In this document: positions 37,123 to 46,449 of the stretch, piece by piece
Layout of the letters: each line of letters begins with the position of its first letter
Numbering within the stretch: position 1 is the first letter of the stretch
Assembly: GCA_964291405.2 (NCBI GenBank)
Contig: OZ219926.1
Location: 896,001-960,000 of the forward strand
Length of the DNA stretch: 64,000 nt
Source of the DNA: Thermodesulfobacteriota bacterium
GTDB lineage: Bacteria; Desulfobacterota; Binatia; Bin18
Direction: 5' to 3'
Notes under the pieces: generated by a model
Told to the model about the DNA's origin: nothing
What the model saw: only the letters and a program-made list of their open reading frames with translations
Database searches by the model: none
Position numbers and translations under genes: made by a program

Positions 37123-38940
37123 TTACACGTCTTCCAGAACGAGTCCGTCCGTGCGGGCTTGGGAGATGCCGGCGGCGTGGGCGTACTGCAGTTGGTATAA
37201 GCGCCAGTAAATGCCGCGCTGCGCCATCAATGCCTGATGAGTGCCAACTTCCCGCAGCCTGCCCTTGTGCAGAACGATGATGCGGTCGGCATTCTGGATG
37301 GTTGAGAAGCGATGCGCAATCACCAGCGTTGTCCGGTTCTGCATCAGCTTGGTCAGCGCATCCTGAATGAGCACCTCAGCCTCCGGATCAACGCTTGAGG
37401 TGGCTTCATCCAGGACCAGGATGGCCGGGTCGTAGGCCAAGGCACGGGCGAACGACAAGAGCTGACGCTGACCGGCCGACAGGTTGGCGCCCCGCTCGTG
37501 CAGGTGTTCGTAGTAGCCGCCCGGCAGTTCACGAATGAAGCGCTCCGCATTCACATGCTGCGCGGCGTGCTGCAAGTCGTCCAGCGTCAGGTCGGTCCGA
37601 CCCAAACTCAGATTGGTGGCCACATCGCCAACAAACAGGAAGACGTCCTGTAACACCACGCCAATCCGGCGGCGCAGGGTGTGCAGGTCCCACTCGCGAA
37701 TATCGACGCCATCCACCAGGATGTGGCCCCGCTGGATATCATAAAAGCGGTTGAGCAGCTTACTGATGGTGGTCTTGCCCGCGCCGGTCGCGCCGACCAG
37801 GGCAATACTCTCACCAGGGGCGACCGAAAAGGACACGTCCCGCAGCACCCATTCCTCCTCGTTGTACGCAAACCAGACGTGGTCAAATTCTATCCGGCCC
37901 GTCACCGTGTGCGGCCGATGTGCCTCAGACGGAGAGGTGATCGTGACCGGCGTATCCAGCAGTTGAAACACCCGCTCGACCGCGGTCATGGCCGTCTGCA
38001 TGGTGGTGTATTTTGTACTGAATTCCCGAATGGGCACAAAGAACTTCTGCAAATACTCGATAAAAGCCACCAGCGTCCCCAGGGCGACCAAACCCTGGCC
38101 AACCTGGCCCGCGCCATACCACAGCATGAGCGCAATAGAGATGACACTCAGCGCCTCAACGATGGAGAACAGACTGGCCTCGTAAATATTGGATAAGTGG
38201 TTGGCGTCGCGGTGGGCGCGATTGCGCTGCTCAAACTCGGCAAACATTTTTCGTTCCTGGGCAAACACCTGCACGACCATAATCCCGGACAAGGTTTCCT
38301 GCAGAAAGGCGTTGATCCGCGCCAGGCGTTCCCGGATGGTCCGATAGGTCACGCGCGTCCGGGTCCGAAAAAAATTCAGGATGAGCAACAACGGGGGCAG
38401 GAGAGCCAGCGTCACCACGGCCAGGTGAAAATCGATCGACAGCATAATCACGACAATGCCCACCAGGGTCAGGATGTCCATGAAGATGGTCAGGGTCCCG
38501 GCGGAGAACGCCTCGTTAATGGCATCGACATCGGTGGTCAGACGGGTGACCAGACGACCGACCGGCGTGCGCTCAAAAAAGCTCGACGGTAGTTCCTGCA
38601 CGTGGGTGAACAGGTCACGCCGCAAATCGGCCAGGCAGCGCTGGGCGACCAGCATCGTCGCCTGAAACTGAATGTAAAAGAATAAAAACTCACCGAGCAG
38701 GGCAGCGGCAAACAGCAGGCCAATGCGCGTCAGCCCCGCAGCGTCCCCCTGCTCGATATACCAATCCACGCCCAACTTGAGCAGATACGGCTGGGCCAGG
38801 AGACAGGCGGAGGTCAGCGGCAGACACACCAGCGCCACGATAAATGTCGCGCGGTACGGCCGGATATAAACCCACAGACGACGCAGGAGCGCCAAGTCGT
38901 AGGTTTTGCCGAGGGCGGCTTCGTATTGCCCCTGGTTCAC
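37123..38940 (-). CDS. ABC exporter, permease plus ATPase (MdlB-like half)
   Basis: TM domain; GATGAGKT, LSAGQRQ, LDEATS. Confidence 0.93.
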   Translation of the reverse strand: MNQGQYEAALGKTYDLALLRRLWVYIRPYRATFIVALVCLPLTSACLLAQPYLLKLGVDWYIEQGDAAGLTRIGLLFAAALLGEFLFFYIQFQATMLVAQRCLADLRRDLFTHVQELPSSFFERTPVGRLVTRLTTDVDAINEAFSAGTLTIFMDILTLVGIVVIMLSIDFHLAVVTLALLPPLLLILNFFRTRTRVTYRTIRERLARINAFLQETLSGIMVVQVFAQERKMFAEFEQRNRAHRDANHLSNIYEASLFSIVEALSVISIALMLWYGAGQVGQGLVALGTLVAFIEYLQKFFVPIREFSTKYTTMQTAMTAVERVFQLLDTPVTITSPSEAHRPHTVTGRIEFDHVWFAYNEEEWVLRDVSFSVAPGESIALVGATGAGKTTISKLLNRFYDIQRGHILVDGVDIREWDLHTLRRRIGVVLQDVFLFVGDVATNLSLGRTDLTLDDLQHAAQHVNAERFIRELPGGYYEHLHERGANLSAGQRQLLSFARALAYDPAILVLDEATSSVDPEAEVLIQDALTKLMQNRTTLVIAHRFSTIQNADRIIVLHKGRLREVGTHQALMAQRGIYWRLYQLQYAHAAGISQARTDGLVLEDV

Positions 38941-40724
38941 AGTTCCGCCAACTCCTCTTCGAGCGCCTGATCCTGAAAGAGTTCCGTATACATGCTCCCC
39001 TGCTCGACCAACTCGGCGTGCGTTCCCATCTCGACGATCCGTCCCGCATCCAGGACAACGATGAGGTCAGCGTCCCGTATGGCCGACACCCGGTGGGAAA
39101 TGATGAGCACCGTCTTTTCCGTGGTGCTCGTCCGGAGCGCCTGGAGAATCTTCCGCTCCGTTGTCACATCAACGCTGGACAGCGCGCAGTCCAGGACGAG
39201 GATGGGCGTGTCGGACAGCAAGGCCCGAGACAGCGTCAGGCGCTGCTTTTGCCCGCCCGACAGCGTCATACCCCGCTCACCAATGACGGTCTCATAGCCC
39301 TTGGGAAAATCCTCAATCTCGCCGTCCACACTGGCCAGGGCGGCCGTCCGGCGCACATCGTCACCGTCCACCTCCGGCTGGGAAAAGGCAATATTGTCTT
39401 CAATGCGAGCCGAAAAGAGAAACGGGTCCTGGGGCACGAAGCCGATACAGCGCCGGAGCTCGGCCAGGGAGAAGAGCCGAATATCCCGCCCATCAATGGT
39501 GATGGCGCCGCGTGAGACGTCGAACAAACGTGGCAGCAGGTTGACGAGCGTACTCTTGCCCGCGCCCATACGACCGACAATGCCAACGGTTTTTCCGGCC
39601 GGGACCGTGAACGTAACATCGTGCAGTACGGTTCGTCCGTCAGGCGCGTGGCCATTGCCCACGCTACTGTCCGGCCTGCGGTCATCAAGCGGATAGGCAA
39701 AATCCACGTGTCGAAACCCAATCTCGCCGCGTATCGTTGGCGCGCCCCGACTCGCGCCGTTCTCCTGACCGTCAACGATGTCGGGCCGGGTTTGCCAGAT
39801 CACCTCCAGCCGTTGCATGGCCGCCTTGCCACGCTGATAGAGAGAGATCAGCCAGCCCATGGCCATGGTCGGCCAGGCCAGCAGGTGGAGATAGCCCATA
39901 AACGCCACCAGGTCGCCCAAACTGAGCTGACCGGCAATGACCTGTGAGCCGCCATACCACAGCACGACCAGCAGCCCGGTTCCGGATATGCCCTTCATGA
40001 GCGGCGGAAACAGGCCGCGCAGGCGAGCCAGGGCAATATTCTCGGTCCTGAAGCGCTCATTCAGCGTGCCAAATACGCCGTTCTGCCAGGCCTCACGCAC
40101 ATAAGCGCGCACGACGGGCATACCGCTGACGCTCTCCTGGACGCGGCTCGACAGGTCGGCCAGACCGGCCTGCACGTTGAGCGTGCGCTCCATGAGCTGG
40201 CGACTCATCGCTCTGACCACCAGAAACATGAAGGGATACGGAGCGATCGCCAACAGGGTCAGGATCGGGTCCATGGCCAGCATGGCCGCCATGGCATACA
40301 CGTAATACAGCGGGGTGTTGAGGATATTGATAATGCCCAAGCCGAGCAGCAGACGCACCGCGGTCACGTCATTGACCAGGCGCGACATCAGGTCGCCTAT
40401 GGGCTGGCGCTGGTAATAGCTCAAGGACAGAGTCTGCAAATGGGCAAACAGCTCGTTGCGGAGTTGGTACTCGATATCCCGCCCGGCGTTGAAGATCAGA
40501 AAGCGCGAAAAGGAGCGGACAAGCCCCTGGAGCAGGGCAATCCCGATAATCAGCAGCACCGTAGACACGATCTCGTCGACCGGCCGGCCATGCTCGATCC
40601 CCTCGACCGCCTGCTTGAGCAGCCACGGGATGGACATCGCCAGGGTCGCCGTCGTCACCAGACAGGCGATGCCACGCATATACCGATAGCGGTATTGATA
40701 AATATAGCCCCACAGACGTTGCAT
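38937..40724 (-). CDS. ABC exporter, permease plus ATPase (MdlA-like half, degenerate Walker B)
   Basis: GRMGAGKS, LSGGQKQR, LVLDCALSSVD; overlaps its partner gene. Confidence 0.93.
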   Translation of the reverse strand: MQRLWGYIYQYRYRYMRGIACLVTTATLAMSIPWLLKQAVEGIEHGRPVDEIVSTVLLIIGIALLQGLVRSFSRFLIFNAGRDIEYQLRNELFAHLQTLSLSYYQRQPIGDLMSRLVNDVTAVRLLLGLGIINILNTPLYYVYAMAAMLAMDPILTLLAIAPYPFMFLVVRAMSRQLMERTLNVQAGLADLSSRVQESVSGMPVVRAYVREAWQNGVFGTLNERFRTENIALARLRGLFPPLMKGISGTGLLVVLWYGGSQVIAGQLSLGDLVAFMGYLHLLAWPTMAMGWLISLYQRGKAAMQRLEVIWQTRPDIVDGQENGASRGAPTIRGEIGFRHVDFAYPLDDRRPDSSVGNGHAPDGRTVLHDVTFTVPAGKTVGIVGRMGAGKSTLVNLLPRLFDVSRGAITIDGRDIRLFSLAELRRCIGFVPQDPFLFSARIEDNIAFSQPEVDGDDVRRTAALASVDGEIEDFPKGYETVIGERGMTLSGGQKQRLTLSRALLSDTPILVLDCALSSVDVTTERKILQALRTSTTEKTVLIISHRVSAIRDADLIVVLDAGRIVEMGTHAELVEQGSMYTELFQDQALEEELAEL

Positions 40725-40733
40725 GCGTTCCGC

Positions 40734-42008
40734 TCAGCTTCTCGGAGCTGCTGTCGCTGACACGGCCCTTGAGTCCCTCTCCTCAACACCGCTTGCGACC
40801 CGCATCATCAGCCCCACCGTGGCCCACCACACCAGCCCGACTTCCGCATCCCCCCAGTTATACTGGGTCAGGCCGCCAATCAGAAAACCGACCAGGCCGA
40901 GCCAGCAGCCCAGGGTCAGGCTTCTCAGCGGCTCGGTCCGTTGTCTCACATAGGCACGCCAGCCCGTCATGATAATCGAGCCGACCAGGAAGAGAAAGGC
41001 CGCCAGACCGAGCAGGCCGGCATCCACCCACATCTGGAGGAAATTATTGTGCGCATGGGCATCGGTGTCGGCCCGAGGATAGCGCTGATAAAAAGCCTCC
41101 CGAAACTGCTTATAGTTCCCAAACCCCCAGCCGGTCAGGGGTCGCTCTTTGATCATATCGATATTGGCCAACCAGATCTGACTGCGCCCGATATTGGCCT
41201 CAAAGTCAAAGATCGAGAGCCCCCGTTCGCGCACCCCCTGTCCGGCACCGACAAAGAGCAGACCACACACCGCCACCCCCCCAACCACGGCCAGCACGGC
41301 GCGACGGCCCTGTACCAGCCCATACACCACCAGCACCACGCCATAGGCGACCCAGACGCCACGCGTGAGGGAGAAGAACAGGGCAAGCAGCATAAGCGCC
41401 CACCCCCCGACCAGCAGGAGGCGCTGCGCTTTTAGGAGCCCAGGGGACAATCCCCAGGCGGTGATCAGGCACAGCGGAAAGAGCAGGGCATGAGCATAGG
41501 TCATCCCGGACGGATGCAGCCCCTTTACCCGGTAGCCCTCCTGGCGGCCGAACCAGAACGGGTCGAGGTTGGACTCCTTGCCGACCAGGGTTTTGGCCAG
41601 ATCAAGCCCGGTAAAGTGCTGCACAATGCTGTAGGCCGCAACCGCTCCGGCTACCCAGAGCGCCACGGTCAACACTGTTTCTACTTCCCGCCCGTTGCGG
41701 ACGAGTACAAAGACCGCCAGACAGCCGCCCATGAGCCACATTTTCCGATAGCCGATGAAGGACTGAAGCGGGTCGGGGCTCAGAACGGTTGAGACCAGAA
41801 GCGCACCGAAAAAAAAGAGGAAGGGTTGCCACAGCGGCACGCGGGGCAGAGAGCGGGTCCGCCACAGCGTATAGCCGAGAAAGGCCAGCAGACAGCCCAG
41901 CGCGGTTTGCTGAAAGGCGATGGGTAAATTCCAGGTTGCAAAGAACAGCACGAGCAGGCCGGCCCGCAGAGTGTCGTCCCACCGCTGAGGTTGTATCAGG
42001 GCCGGCAC
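40734..42008 (-). CDS. O-antigen ligase (WaaL/Wzy_C) family protein
   Basis: Polytopic membrane protein; SLTRG, GWGFGNY, HAHNNFLQ. Confidence 0.9.
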   Translation of the reverse strand: MPALIQPQRWDDTLRAGLLVLFFATWNLPIAFQQTALGCLLAFLGYTLWRTRSLPRVPLWQPFLFFFGALLVSTVLSPDPLQSFIGYRKMWLMGGCLAVFVLVRNGREVETVLTVALWVAGAVAAYSIVQHFTGLDLAKTLVGKESNLDPFWFGRQEGYRVKGLHPSGMTYAHALLFPLCLITAWGLSPGLLKAQRLLLVGGWALMLLALFFSLTRGVWVAYGVVLVVYGLVQGRRAVLAVVGGVAVCGLLFVGAGQGVRERGLSIFDFEANIGRSQIWLANIDMIKERPLTGWGFGNYKQFREAFYQRYPRADTDAHAHNNFLQMWVDAGLLGLAAFLFLVGSIIMTGWRAYVRQRTEPLRSLTLGCWLGLVGFLIGGLTQYNWGDAEVGLVWWATVGLMMRVASGVEERDSRAVSATAAPRS

Positions 42009-42018
42009 AATCCGAATC

Positions 42019-43461
42019 CTATACGCCTCGCCGGGTCAGGATGACCTTGACCGTCTCCGTCAAGACGCGGACATCCAGCCACAGCGAATAATTATAGATA
42101 TAGGCCAGGTCGTATTTCAGCTTGTACTCGGGCGTCGTGTGGTATTCGCCATTGACCTGGGCCAGGCCGGTCAGGCCCGGCTTGACCTGCAAGCGTTCCG
42201 CATAACCGGGAACCGTCTGTTGAAACCCGGCCACAAACTCGGGCCGCTCCGGGCGGGGACCAACCAGACTCATGGACCCGTTGAGGACATTGAAAAGCTG
42301 CGGGATTTCGTCAATCCGGCTGGCCCGCAACAGGCGACCGACCGGCGTCACCCGGCTGTCGTCCGAGCGCGCCAGCACCGGCCCGGTCCGGGCCTCGGCC
42401 TCATGGACCATGGTGCGCAGTTTATACAGGGTGAACTCTTTTCCATGCCGCCCCACCCGACGCTGCCGGTACAGCATCGGTCCTGACGATGAGAGTTTGA
42501 CCAGGCAGGCGGCCACACCCACCAACGGCAAACACAGGACCAGCAGGACGCCGGCAATCAGACGATCGCTGATACTTTTCACCATAAAGGCCAGCTCTTC
42601 ACGCGGATTCTTCAGCACCTCGACCAGGGGCACATCGTGCAGGCGCAGGGACGAAACCCGTCCCACCAGAATGTCGTACACGGAGGGCACCACCAGGACG
42701 CGCGGCCGTTCAGCCGCCAGGTGACCGGTCGGCAGATTCAACAGCCGGTCAACAAACGTATCCTTCCAACTGGCGGACGACAGGAGAATGACCTCATCGA
42801 TCTCGACCTGTTCGAGGACCTGGGGCAGACTGTCCAGCCTGCCCAGCCACGGGATACCAACCTCTTCTTGTGTCTGACAGGCGGATTCCTCCAACCCGAT
42901 TGCGCCAACAACATCGAGGCCGGGAGACGGGCGGAGGTCCGTCAGACTGGAGAGAAACATCCGCACATCCCGCACCAGACCGATCAGGAGGACGCGCACC
43001 GGGCTGGCGTGTCCGAGGCGATGGTCCGCCCAGAGTCGTACGCCAACAATGCCAAGGGTGTTAAACACCCAAAAGACCACCAGCACGGAGCGCGGGAAGG
43101 AGAGGTCACCGCGAAAGAAATACCAGGCCGCGGTGGCCAGCAGTTGGATGCCGAGGGCCATCGCTACCCGCGTCACCAACCGGATACGCTGGTGCAGGGA
43201 ATGCTGATCGTACAAGCCGAAGAAATAGAGCAGTACCACCTGCGTTCCCAGGAGAAAAAACAGAGGATGGGCAACCTCGGTGAGACGCGAGGCCGGCAGG
43301 AAATCCGCGGTCAGGGGAAAAGGCAGATAGACGCGCAGGGAAAAGGCGCTCCCATACGCAATGCCGGCCCACACCAGGTCGGCCAGCACCAGCAGCAGAA
43401 CGATCTGATCATCTCTTCGGGGAGATCGTCCTTGCGTTCCGGACGGGGGTACGGGTTTCAC
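42019..43461 (-). CDS. polyprenyl glycosylphosphotransferase (WcaJ/WbaP-like initiating sugar transferase)
   Basis: YKLRTM, RIDEIPQLFNVL.G.MSLVGPRPE, KPGLTGLAQV. GTG 43461 overlaps the upstream stop codon. Confidence 0.93.
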   Translation of the reverse strand: MKPVPPSGTQGRSPRRDDQIVLLLVLADLVWAGIAYGSAFSLRVYLPFPLTADFLPASRLTEVAHPLFFLLGTQVVLLYFFGLYDQHSLHQRIRLVTRVAMALGIQLLATAAWYFFRGDLSFPRSVLVVFWVFNTLGIVGVRLWADHRLGHASPVRVLLIGLVRDVRMFLSSLTDLRPSPGLDVVGAIGLEESACQTQEEVGIPWLGRLDSLPQVLEQVEIDEVILLSSASWKDTFVDRLLNLPTGHLAAERPRVLVVPSVYDILVGRVSSLRLHDVPLVEVLKNPREELAFMVKSISDRLIAGVLLVLCLPLVGVAACLVKLSSSGPMLYRQRRVGRHGKEFTLYKLRTMVHEAEARTGPVLARSDDSRVTPVGRLLRASRIDEIPQLFNVLNGSMSLVGPRPERPEFVAGFQQTVPGYAERLQVKPGLTGLAQVNGEYHTTPEYKLKYDLAYIYNYSLWLDVRVLTETVKVILTRRGV

Positions 43462-44278
43462 AGTGTATCGCTCTCCCTCGGGGCGTTTGGAAATCGCGCG
43501 TACAGCGCCCGACGAGAGACTATATACCGATGCTTCCAAAAGTAGTAGGCAAGGCCACGCAGATGTTTCCAGCCCAGGCGCGAGAACGCGGAGCGGGCAA
43601 TACGTTGCTCGGCGTGCGTCACTACCGCGGCCGGCTGGTAGACTACCTGCCAGCCGGCTTGGTGCATGCGCAGACACAGATCAATATCTTCCGGACCGTA
43701 AAAAATCCGTTCGTCCAGCAGGCCGACCTCATCCAGCGCCCGCCGGCGTATGAGTTGGCAGGCGCCAATCATATAGTCCACCGGCCGTAGCGTATCGTGC
43801 GCCCAGTCCGCCAACTCGGCCTGCCGGGCCGCGCGGCGCGTGAGCGCGGACGGAAAACGACGTCCGAGTTTGTCCAGGAGGGTCGGAAACAAACGGCACG
43901 ACAGACACAGCTGCCCCTCGGCATCTACGAGTTTCGGCCCGCACAGGCCAACCTCCGGCCTGGAGTCAAGCAGTTGAACGAGTTGGTCCAAGGCGGTGGG
44001 ATGCACAATCGTATCGTCATCCAGGATGAGGATGTATTCTCCCTGCACGCATACCGGATACCCTGATTCCGCGCGGGCGCAACCCCGCGGTTTTTTCGAT
44101 TCGCAATAATACGGACGTAGGGAAAGCGCCTTCTCAACACCGACACCGTCCGATCCCGTGAGCCGTTATCAACCACAATCACCTCATAGCTGACCGTCAA
44201 ACCGGCGGGTAACGAGTCCAGACAGGCTTCAATCGTAGACGCGGAATTCCAGACCAGGATGATAATCGAGACCTTCAT
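43458..44278 (-). pseudogene. GT2 glycosyltransferase split by a frameshift near 44048
   Basis: MKVSIIILVWNS...GVAPARNQGIRYA in one frame; QGEYILILDDD...GACQL..FYGPEDIDLC in another. Confidence 0.8.
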
Positions 44279-45351
44279 TGTTGAGCCCCAGACTGTCCAA
44301 ACGGTCGAGACGAGGCTGGGGTCGATGCCTGAGCCGCTACGGACCAGCGTTTAGTCGACACAAAGGGCCGGTATAAACTGTAGAAACCGGCCCGTTTGAG
44401 GCGTCTCCAGGCCCACAGCCTGGCCAGACCACGAATGCCCAGGGCCAACAGGATCAGCCCATACTCACGTATCCGCATAGTGCGGAAGAACTCGGCCCAG
44501 GGATACGCCGCGACCGGACCGTTTGCGAGCAGGTGCGCGTGCTGGCGGCGAATCTGCATTTTGCCGCCCTCGGCCCGTACCCGCTCGGCAAAATAATCCC
44601 GCCACGTCTGTGGCAGAACAAAAAACACCTGAGCCTGCATCACTTTACGCACACGCTGTTTTCCGACCGCAACCGTCAGCCAGGCATCTTCCAGCAGCAA
44701 GTCTTCCGGCATGGGCTCGCTCAGCACATTTTTGCGTATCAGGAAGAGGCGGCCGCCGGCATTGCCGAAGTTAAATCGATACGGCAGTGCGCCCATACGA
44801 CTCCAGATACCCGTCTTTGGCTCCAGCATCGGGACTTCACGCGCGGCAACCAGCCCCAACTGCGGCTCCGTCCGCATACGCGCGTATAAACGAGCAATGG
44901 CCTGCGTATCAATGCGGACATCGGCATCACAGAACAGGAGCAGGTCGCCGCACGCCCATTGCCACAAGGCATTCATGGCTCGGGGTTTCCCCCGCCAGTC
45001 TGCCAGCAGCACGCGACACGTCAATGCTCCCTGCCCCTCAGCCCCCGGAGAAGACGGATACGGTGTATGCGTTTGCGCCTGCTCTGCGGAGGAGAGCGTA
45101 ATCTCCCGGAGCGATATGGCGTGACGCGTACAAAAATCCCGGACCGCCAGCAGTGGCGGGCAGGCCCTTCGACTCGGCTCAGGACAGGGCCGGTCCGGGC
45201 CGACCCCGTTAATACAGACGAGCAGTTCCCGGACACAGCCGGACGGAAGCCGGGGAGACAGACTGGCCACCAACAGGCTCTCCAGCGTGCTGCCCAGGTC
45301 CGGTTCATCCGCCCGGCACGGAATAGTCAGCGAGAGTGTTTCGTCAGTCAT
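44275..45351 (-). CDS. GT2-like glycosyltransferase
   Basis: IPC..DE, GKPRAMN, FCDADV, GRLF, EDAWL; contains an in-frame palindrome insertion. Confidence 0.8.
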   Translation of the reverse strand: MTDETLSLTIPCRADEPDLGSTLESLLVASLSPRLPSGCVRELLVCINGVGPDRPCPEPSRRACPPLLAVRDFCTRHAISLREITLSSAEQAQTHTPYPSSPGAEGQGALTCRVLLADWRGKPRAMNALWQWACGDLLLFCDADVRIDTQAIARLYARMRTEPQLGLVAAREVPMLEPKTGIWSRMGALPYRFNFGNAGGRLFLIRKNVLSEPMPEDLLLEDAWLTVAVGKQRVRKVMQAQVFFVLPQTWRDYFAERVRAEGGKMQIRRQHAHLLANGPVAAYPWAEFFRTMRIREYGLILLALGIRGLARLWAWRRLKRAGFYSLYRPFVSTKRWSVAAQASTPASSRPFGQSGAQQ

Positions 45352-45526
45352 CGCAAGAAAGAAGGATCGACCATGTTGGGTACAGCGTTGCGGTTAATGT
45401 AACATATCGGTCAACCAGAACCGGTGGCTCCGACGCCTATCAATTTTTCTCGTCACCGACGTGTCGTTTCGCTCTCGTCATGTCGGACGTAAGCCGGCAT
45501 CAATGACGGTGGGAAGGCGCCGCCGC

Positions 45527-45940
45527 TTAGTGCAGCACTTCGAATGCGAGCCGGCGACCGCGTCCGTATCGGAAGACGGAAAAATCGTTGTCGAATGAGA
45601 TAACACGCGAGATGCCGAGCCGTTCCATGAGCGCAAAGGAGGTGCGATCAACGAGGGAGAAATCCTGGTCGGGGAAGCGTTCGCCGATTGCCCACGCGGC
45701 TTCGAGGTCTGCACTGGTCGTCTGTTCAATGCGTGCGACACCGCTGCGCAGCCCACCCCAAAAGGTTTCCGCCACACTGGCCGAGATGAAATGGTGGATG
45801 AGACGCCACGTCTCAATCAGTACATGGTCACTCGTGATCAGCCGTTCGTCCGTTGTCAGAAGTCGCTTGGCACGAACGTTCTGGCGGTCGCCACGGTCAG
45901 CCGCAGCATACCAGGCCGAGCTGTCCACAAAGATACTCAT
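45527..45940 (-). CDS. vapC: PIN-domain toxin (VapC family)
   Basis: IFVDSSAW, E, SLVDRTSF..M, SFDNDF. Confidence 0.9.
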   Translation of the reverse strand: MSIFVDSSAWYAAADRGDRQNVRAKRLLTTDERLITSDHVLIETWRLIHHFISASVAETFWGGLRSGVARIEQTTSADLEAAWAIGERFPDQDFSLVDRTSFALMERLGISRVISFDNDFSVFRYGRGRRLAFEVLH

Positions 45941-46197
45941 GGCGCATCGGAACGGCGCCGCTTCCCGGCGCCAACCGCCTCTCCGATCATCCGCGCTTTC
46001 TCTGATGCGATATCGGTCCCTTCCGAGGTGCCGAGGTCGAAGACGATGGACCGGTCAACGCGGCGGGGGGATTCGGCCAAGTCCTGATTCACGAGTTGGC
46101 GTATGTACTCGGCAAGAGAAATGTTCAGAGCGGCTGCACGCACACGAACTCGTGTATGCAGCTCCGAACTGAGGGAGATCTGGGTACGAATCATCAT
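45937..46197 (-). CDS. ribbon-helix-helix antitoxin (VapB-like)
   Basis: MIRTQISL...SLAEYIRQLV; ATGA overlap with the PIN gene. Confidence 0.8.
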   Translation of the reverse strand: MMIRTQISLSSELHTRVRVRAAALNISLAEYIRQLVNQDLAESPRRVDRSIVFDLGTSEGTDIASEKARMIGEAVGAGKRRRSDAP

Positions 46198-46244
46198 TGT
46201 GGCGCCACCATACAGGCATCCGAACAGGGTTTCAAGCGATAGGA

Positions 46245-46396
46245 TAGGGTCCCGAATCTGAAGTTCGTGGCATAAGTAGTGCTCGACCCGGTGACAGAAT
46301 CGTTTGACGGCCGCGAGGATATCGGCGGCGGACTTCGTCCATATGAAGGGTTTCGGGTCGGCGTTGCAGGCGTCGCTGAACGCGCGGATGATCGCC
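46245..46396 (-). mobile_element. IS630-family remnant (transposase C-terminus and right end)
   Basis: AIIRAF...NADPKPFIWTKSAADILAAVKRFC is a typical IS630 transposase C-terminus; the end reads GAACTTCAGATTCGGGACCCTA. Confidence 0.8.
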
Positions 46397-46449
46397 CTCC
46401 CAGGCAGCGCGGGGGCCGGGAGGGCAGAGGCGTGGGGGAGAGCGGCCCA

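Noticed and set aside
43462-43677. N-terminal extension of the sugar transferase ORF
   Set aside because: Overlaps the GT2 coding region in another frame; the GTGA coupling at 43458-43461 is the better start.
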